NCBI GenBank assembly: GCA_963706575.1
Contig: CAVPNL010000006.1
Location: 160,001 to 224,000 of the forward strand
Origin: an uncultured delta proteobacterium
GTDB taxonomy: Bacteria; Desulfobacterota; Desulfobacteria; Desulfobacterales; JAHEIW01
DNA: 64,000 bases
Reading direction: 5' to 3'
The notes under the pieces were generated by a model, which had not been told where the DNA came from, ran no database searches, and saw only the letters and a list, made by a program, of their open reading frames with translations. Below, in pieces: positions 58,939 to 64,000 of this stretch (positions are counted from its first letter, which is position 1; each line of letters opens with the position of its first letter). The translations under genes were made by a program, and so were the position numbers.

Positions 58939-59992
58939 ATGAAAAAATGCATAGGTTTATTGATTATTGCCGCTTTCCTGGCGATTTCACTTGGACCTGG
59001 CTACGCCGGTTCCGGCAGGGATTACATCAGTGTTGTGGGGTCATCCACAGTTTATCCTTTTGCAACGGTCGTGGCCGAGCAGTTCGGCAAATCCACTTCC
59101 TATAAAACCCCCAAGATCGAATCCACCGGTTCCGGCGGTGGGCTCAAGCTTTTCTGTGCCGGTGTCGGGGTAGAACATCCGGACATTACCAATTCTTCCC
59201 GTCGTATTAAACAATCTGAATTTGAGCGCTGCCAGCAAAACGGTGTCAAGGAAATCTGAGGTTAAAATCGGTTATGACGGCATCGTAATGGCCAACTCAA
59301 AAAAAGCGGCACCGATGAAATTATCCCGTAAAGATATCTTTTTAGCTTTGGCCAAGAATGTTCCGGATCCAAAGGGCGGCGAAAATCTGGTCCCCAATCC
59401 CTATAAAACTTGGAAGGATGTCAATCCTTCTCTTGCGGACAAGGCCATAGAGGTTCTGGGACCACCGCCGACTTCAGGAACCCGGGATGCCTTTGTTGAA
59501 CTGGCCATGGAAGGTGGCGCTAAAAAGTTTGCCTGGATTGCGGCCTTGAAAAAGAAAGATAAAAAGGCCTACAAAGAGATTTGCCATACCATACGCGAAG
59601 ATGGCGCCTATGTTGAGGCCGGTGAAAATGACAACCTGATTGTTCAAAAGCTGGCCGCCAATTCAAATGCCCTCGGCATTTTCGGATTCAGCTTTCTGGA
59701 TCAGAACATGGATAAGATCCAGGGGTCTTATGTGGACAACATTGAGCCGACCTTTGGAAATATTGCCGACGGTAAATATCCGGTATCAAGGCCCCTCTTT
59801 TTCTATGTGAAAAAAGCGCATGTGGACGTGATTCCGGGTATCAAGGAGTATCTGGCTGAATTTTCCAGTGACAAAGCCTGGGGGCCGGAAGGGTATTTAA
59901 GTGAAAAAGGCATGATCCCGATGCCGGATTCAGAACGGACGCAATTTCAAAATTCGGTAACTTCGCTGACGACCCTGACATCCTTGAATTAG
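58939..59992 (+). CDS. pstS: Phosphate-binding protein PstS (frameshift near 59256)
   Basis: GSSTVYPF, STGSGGG, NSSRRIK then EVKIGYDG, PPPTSGTRD, YPVSRPLF; AAGGAGG RBS. Confidence 0.93.
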
Positions 59993-60091
59993 CTAAAATA
60001 TTGAGAGTAGACCGGAATAAAACCATTCTGGTTTACTCATTTAAAAAGTTGGCTGTCCGGGCTTTGGGGTGACAATAAATGCTTTACACCT

Positions 60092-61042
60092 TTGACGTTA
60101 GCCATTAATATTCATTTTCTTGATGCAACAACCAGTGACCAAATGATTTCATTAATTGAGATGGATGAAGCCGGTTTCGTGGGAATTATGCCGGAAGAAA
60201 CGATACAAACGAAAATAAAAAAAGAGGTAAGCCGGGTACTCGTCAGCCGTGAAAATCGCGAGACGGTCGGTGAAATCACCATTGCAGATCCGCGCATGAC
60301 CTGCCGGGACGTCAACGTCTGGTATGGCGAAAAGCATGCCATCAAAAATGTCTCTTTGGATATCGGCCGCAATGAGGTTCTTGCCATGATCGGTCCCTCC
60401 GGCTGCGGCAAATCTACCTTCATACGTTGTCTGAACCGCATGAACGACACCATCGAAAGCTGTCGGATTACTGGCCAGATCGCCCTGGACGGTGTCGAAA
60501 TCTACGATAAATATATAGATGTTGTTCCGCTGCGGGCCCAGGTCGGCATGGTTTTCCAAAAACCGAATCCTTTCCCGAAATCCATCTATGAAAATATCGC
60601 TTATGGACCGCGGATTCACGGCCTGGCAGCCAATAAAGCTGAACTGGGTGAGATCGTTGAAACGTCTTTGATTAAGGCCGGCCTTTGGGACGAGGTAAAA
60701 GACTGGCTCGATCAGCCCGGCACGGGCCTGTCCGGCGGGCAGCAGCAGCGCCTATGCATCGCGCGCACGATTGCGGTCAACCCTGAAGTGATTCTGATGG
60801 ATGAACCCTGCTCGGCTTTGGATCCGATTGCTACCGCTGTTATCGAAGATTTGATCGACGAGTTGCGTAAACAATATACGATTGTGATAGTTACCCATTC
60901 CATGCAGCAGGCTTCACGCGTTTCCCAGCGCACTGCCTACTTTCATCTGGGGGATCTCATTGAAGTGGGCCCCACCGCACAGATTTTTACCAACCCGCGC
61001 CACCAGCTGACTGAAGATTATATCACCGGCCGTTTCGGTTAG
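60092..61042 (+). CDS. pstB: Phosphate ABC transporter ATPase PstB (true start probably 60161 or 60188)
   Basis: [47 protein letters not shown]. Confidence 0.96.
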   Translation: MTLAINIHFLDATTSDQMISLIEMDEAGFVGIMPEETIQTKIKKEVSRVLVSRENRETVGEITIADPRMTCRDVNVWYGEKHAIKNVSLDIGRNEVLAMIGPSGCGKSTFIRCLNRMNDTIESCRITGQIALDGVEIYDKYIDVVPLRAQVGMVFQKPNPFPKSIYENIAYGPRIHGLAANKAELGEIVETSLIKAGLWDEVKDWLDQPGTGLSGGQQQRLCIARTIAVNPEVILMDEPCSALDPIATAVIEDLIDELRKQYTIVIVTHSMQQASRVSQRTAYFHLGDLIEVGPTAQIFTNPRHQLTEDYITGRFG

Positions 61043-61087
61043 CCGCGGGGTTTAAGATCAGAAGGAATAAAAAGGGAAAATTTCGTT

Positions 61088-61756
61088 TTATTTTGCAACC
61101 ATGGCCCGCATCATGTCGCCGGCATTTTCGGCGTGGTCGGCGATGGACCCGATAATTTCCGTTAAGCGAATCAAATGAAATACGGCCACGGCATCATCGA
61201 TTGTGTTAAAGATTTTTTCTTTGACGGCATCTTCAAGCTTGTCGGCCTCATGTTCATACTTGCGTAAGGTGCGAATCATATCTTTAACCACTTGCCGCTG
61301 AGTGTCTGAAAAATTTGAAAAGTATTTGTGGGCTTCAACCGCCATTTTGATTAACTCTTCGAGCGGGTCAATTACGGCTTCCACCAGAAGCATAAAATCT
61401 TTTTCCAGCACTTGGGGGATGCCGGCATGCGCCCTGAAAGATAACCAGTCAAGGCTCTCTTCCACGGCATCCAGGACTTTGTCCTGCTCTCTTAAATATC
61501 GGAACAGCTGGAACTTATCCACTGCCAGCAGGGTGCCTTTGGGCAGATGTCCCCGGATGCGGCGCTTGATGGCATCGGCTTCGCTCTCGAGCTTATCAAT
61601 ATCTTTTCTGAACTCTTCGAAATCCTCGCATCTGTCTTCTATGATGCATTCTATGGCCCTTTGAAAAACCCAGGCGCCCTCTTTCACCTTTTCGGCGTGT
61701 TCCTCCAGGCCTTCAAACGGTGAGGCAATAAACATCGACATAAATGGTATCCGCAT
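61088..61756 (-). CDS. DUF47/TIGR00153 PhoU-like phosphate transport regulator
   Basis: SPF..L..H, LESEADAIK, EQDKVLD, EHEAD, IADHAENAGD; downstream of PiT. Confidence 0.9.
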   Translation of the reverse strand: MRIPFMSMFIASPFEGLEEHAEKVKEGAWVFQRAIECIIEDRCEDFEEFRKDIDKLESEADAIKRRIRGHLPKGTLLAVDKFQLFRYLREQDKVLDAVEESLDWLSFRAHAGIPQVLEKDFMLLVEAVIDPLEELIKMAVEAHKYFSNFSDTQRQVVKDMIRTLRKYEHEADKLEDAVKEKIFNTIDDAVAVFHLIRLTEIIGSIADHAENAGDMMRAMVAK

Positions 61757-61792
61757 AACGAGCTCCTTATGTTCGTTTTTCCCCCCTTAGGG

Positions 61793-63220
61793 TCATTCAA
61801 AAATCCACCTGAAAATATAGAATAATAGGATGGTCAGACCGGCCCCGACAGGGATGGTCACGATCCAAGAGATCACTATATCCCGAACGGTCCTCAGATT
61901 CAATGCCTCTAAACCTCTTGCCAGGCCGACACCCAACACAGCCCCGACCAGGGTATGGGTGGTTGAAATCGGGATTCCTAATTTACTTGCCAGCACGATG
62001 GTAACCGCTGCGGAAAACTCTGCTGAAAAACCCCTGCTGGGCGTAAGGTCGGTGATGCGCTTGCCCACTGTTTCAATTACCCGCCAGCCCCATGTCGCCA
62101 GGCCGATGATAATACCGATCCCGCCAAGGGCAAGCACCCAGGTGGGCACCGCCGTCTTCATGGCCACAGTGCCGGTTTTGACGATGTTGATAACGGCTGC
62201 AAGCGGGCCGATGGCGTTGGCAACATCATTGGCACCATGGGCAAAGGCAACGAAACCGGCGCTTAAAATTTGCAGATATACAAAAATGCGCTCCACCTTC
62301 TGGTAAGAGACGACTTCCATTTCCGCGTCTGTCTTCTGCTTTACTTCTGCCTTCATTCTGCCGACTCTTTCAAGGATATCTTTCAGTTCCGGCTGCATGT
62401 CGGCACTTGAGCTTTCCAGGGCTTTTTGCAGATTTTTATCTGCCCGGCTCAGGCCAATCGAAAGCGACCAGGAGGGCGGTAAAGTTTCCGCTTCATCGGG
62501 GATTTCCTGGATGTTTTTTAGCAAAAAATGGCTCACCACTGCCGCAACCAGACCGATGCCAGCGGCCATTAAAAGCGCTTGCGTTAAAGGCAAATCCAAA
62601 TGCAGGTTTTTCAACCCCTTAAACACCATTACCAAACTCAGAATTGAAAATACAAAGAAAACCAGGTAGGGGGTGAGTTGTTTGGCTTTTAATACGGGCG
62701 TCTCCGAGTCGAATACCTTCCTTCTGATGAAGCTAAATAAAAAAAACGCAATCGTACCACTGAGCAGCGGTGAAATCACCCAACTTGAAACGATCGCACC
62801 TACCTTGCCCCAGTGAACCGCCGATACACCGCCAACAACCATCCCAAATCCTATAATCGCACCGACAATTGAATGTGTAGTTGAAATGGGCCAGCCATAG
62901 TAAGAGGCGAACTGCAGCCAGGCAGCAGCTGCCAACATGGCGGCCAGCATGCCATATGCCAATAACATCGGTTGGTCATTAAAGCTCTGGGTATCAACAA
63001 TGCCCTTCCGCACCGTTTCGGAAACATGACTTCCCACAAAGAAAGCCCCGGAAAATTCAAGAATAGCCGCCAGGATAACAGCGTTTCTTAGCGTCAGGGC
63101 GCCTGAACCCACCGAAGTGCCCATGGCATTGGCCACGTCGTTGGCGCCCACGCTCCAGGCCATGTAAAACCCGAACAGCAAAGCCAGGGCAAAAACGATC
63201 ATTTCAGCGTTCATTTCCAC
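61793..63220 (-). CDS. PiT-family inorganic phosphate transporter
   Basis: Two GANDVANA signatures and two PISTTH motifs. Confidence 0.95.
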   Translation of the reverse strand: MEMNAEMIVFALALLFGFYMAWSVGANDVANAMGTSVGSGALTLRNAVILAAILEFSGAFFVGSHVSETVRKGIVDTQSFNDQPMLLAYGMLAAMLAAAAWLQFASYYGWPISTTHSIVGAIIGFGMVVGGVSAVHWGKVGAIVSSWVISPLLSGTIAFFLFSFIRRKVFDSETPVLKAKQLTPYLVFFVFSILSLVMVFKGLKNLHLDLPLTQALLMAAGIGLVAAVVSHFLLKNIQEIPDEAETLPPSWSLSIGLSRADKNLQKALESSSADMQPELKDILERVGRMKAEVKQKTDAEMEVVSYQKVERIFVYLQILSAGFVAFAHGANDVANAIGPLAAVINIVKTGTVAMKTAVPTWVLALGGIGIIIGLATWGWRVIETVGKRITDLTPSRGFSAEFSAAVTIVLASKLGIPISTTHTLVGAVLGVGLARGLEALNLRTVRDIVISWIVTIPVGAGLTILLFYIFRWIFE

Positions 63221-63661
63221 TTATTTTTTGGTCCTATCCACCATTCTGTAGTCATGGCGCACCCTATGCCGCCTGCATTTTCAGCATGATCGGTGATGGG
63301 GTGATGATTTCCGGCAGCCTTACCAGATGAAATACGGCAAGCGGATTCCGAATTGCACTAAAAACCATAATTTTATTATAATATCAAGGATTTACCATAA
63401 AAATCATGGCAGGATTAATCATGTTGCTGAGAACCAACCAGAGGTTTTGTCATCGTTGAAACTTTGGTTGGCGAGGCAATACCACGTTGGGTGCGGCAAA
63501 TCAATGAAAAAGCTGCGATCCAGGCGAAAAGACCACCGATCCATTTTTATATATATTGTAATCGTTAGAATGATTATGGCTGTTGTTTTATCTGCTGGTG
63601 CATATTTCATCGTTGGAATAAAGACAAGATCACTCGGTGTCGAAATGACCGTGATCGAAGA

Positions 63662-64000
63662 TCATTTGTTATGCGGCAAGTGAATGCTAAAGCGGCTGCC
63701 TTCTCCAAGCTGACTTTCAACCATTACATGACCGCCATGCGCCTGGGCAATGTGTTTGACGATCGCCAGACCCAGACCGGTTCCGCCCATTTTGCGGCTG
63801 CGCGCTTTGTCCACCCGGTAGAAGCGCTCGAAAAGTCGCGGCAGATGCTTTTGAGCAATGCCAATGCCGTGGTCCTGAATGCTGATAATCACCTCGGAAT
63901 TTTGTTGGTGTGATTTCACCAGAACCGTGCTTTGCGGTTCACTGAATTTAAGGGCATTGTCCAGCAGATTCACCACTGCCTGCTCGATGAGGCTGGGATC
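63662..64000 (-). CDS. phoR: PhoR-like histidine kinase, C-terminal part (runs off window)
   Basis: EQAVVNLLDNALKF, DHGIGI, LFERFYRVDKARSRKMGGTGLGLAIVKH; phosphate locus context. Confidence 0.82.
   Translation of the reverse strand, partial: DPSLIEQAVVNLLDNALKFSEPQSTVLVKSHQQNSEVIISIQDHGIGIAQKHLPRLFERFYRVDKARSRKMGGTGLGLAIVKHIAQAHGGHVMVESQLGEGSRFSIHLPHNK

Noticed and set aside
59250..59262. TGA in pstS (and at the HDOD end, 34367) as selenocysteine or readthrough
   Set aside because: Homology continues in a different frame, so these are frameshifts and not in-frame recoding
63504..63683. Small hydrophobic ORF (MKKLRSRRK..IFIYIVIV..) on the plus strand
   Set aside because: No RBS or family support and it overlaps the phoR end; at most a gene remnant
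1..64000. tRNA, rRNA, transposase, integrase or prophage genes
   Set aside because: None recognised by eye; tRNAscan-SE, Infernal and ISEScan were not run, so small RNAs could be missed

Overview
Bacterial chromosomal segment from a sulfate-reducing deltaproteobacterium (Desulfobacterales-like, inferred from dsrTMKJOP and gene style). It has five blocks. (1) 1-17 kb, housekeeping: dksA-PHP-rnc-radical SAM, sirC-ccsA-hemA-fabD, clpB, trmL and a cold-shock gene. (2) 17-39 kb, a signalling/surface-protein region. Two paralogous STAS + receiver cassettes (PP2C versus class III cyclase output) converge around a dCache hybrid kinase. Next to them is a ~2640-aa secreted gingipain-like (C25) protein with four ~170-aa repeats, a GCFIAT/TM anchor and an in-frame C-terminal receiver domain. 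An HDOD gene and a PAS kinase/NtrC-type pair follow, with three matching sigma-54 promoters. (3) dsrTMKJOP. (4) A cytoplasmic molybdopterin oxidoreductase + Fe-S subunit, divergent from GntR + TRAP genes. (5) A phosphate locus: truncated phoU, pstC-A-S-B, DUF47, PiT and partial phoR. Intergenic regions are dense with palindromic and MITE-like elements, including three covarying copies of a ~150-bp element that all lie in the same orientation in gene leaders. Six apparent frameshifts in five genes suggest sequencing indels. No rRNA, tRNA, CRISPR array or transposase was seen. All calls come from reading motifs by eye, with no database search.
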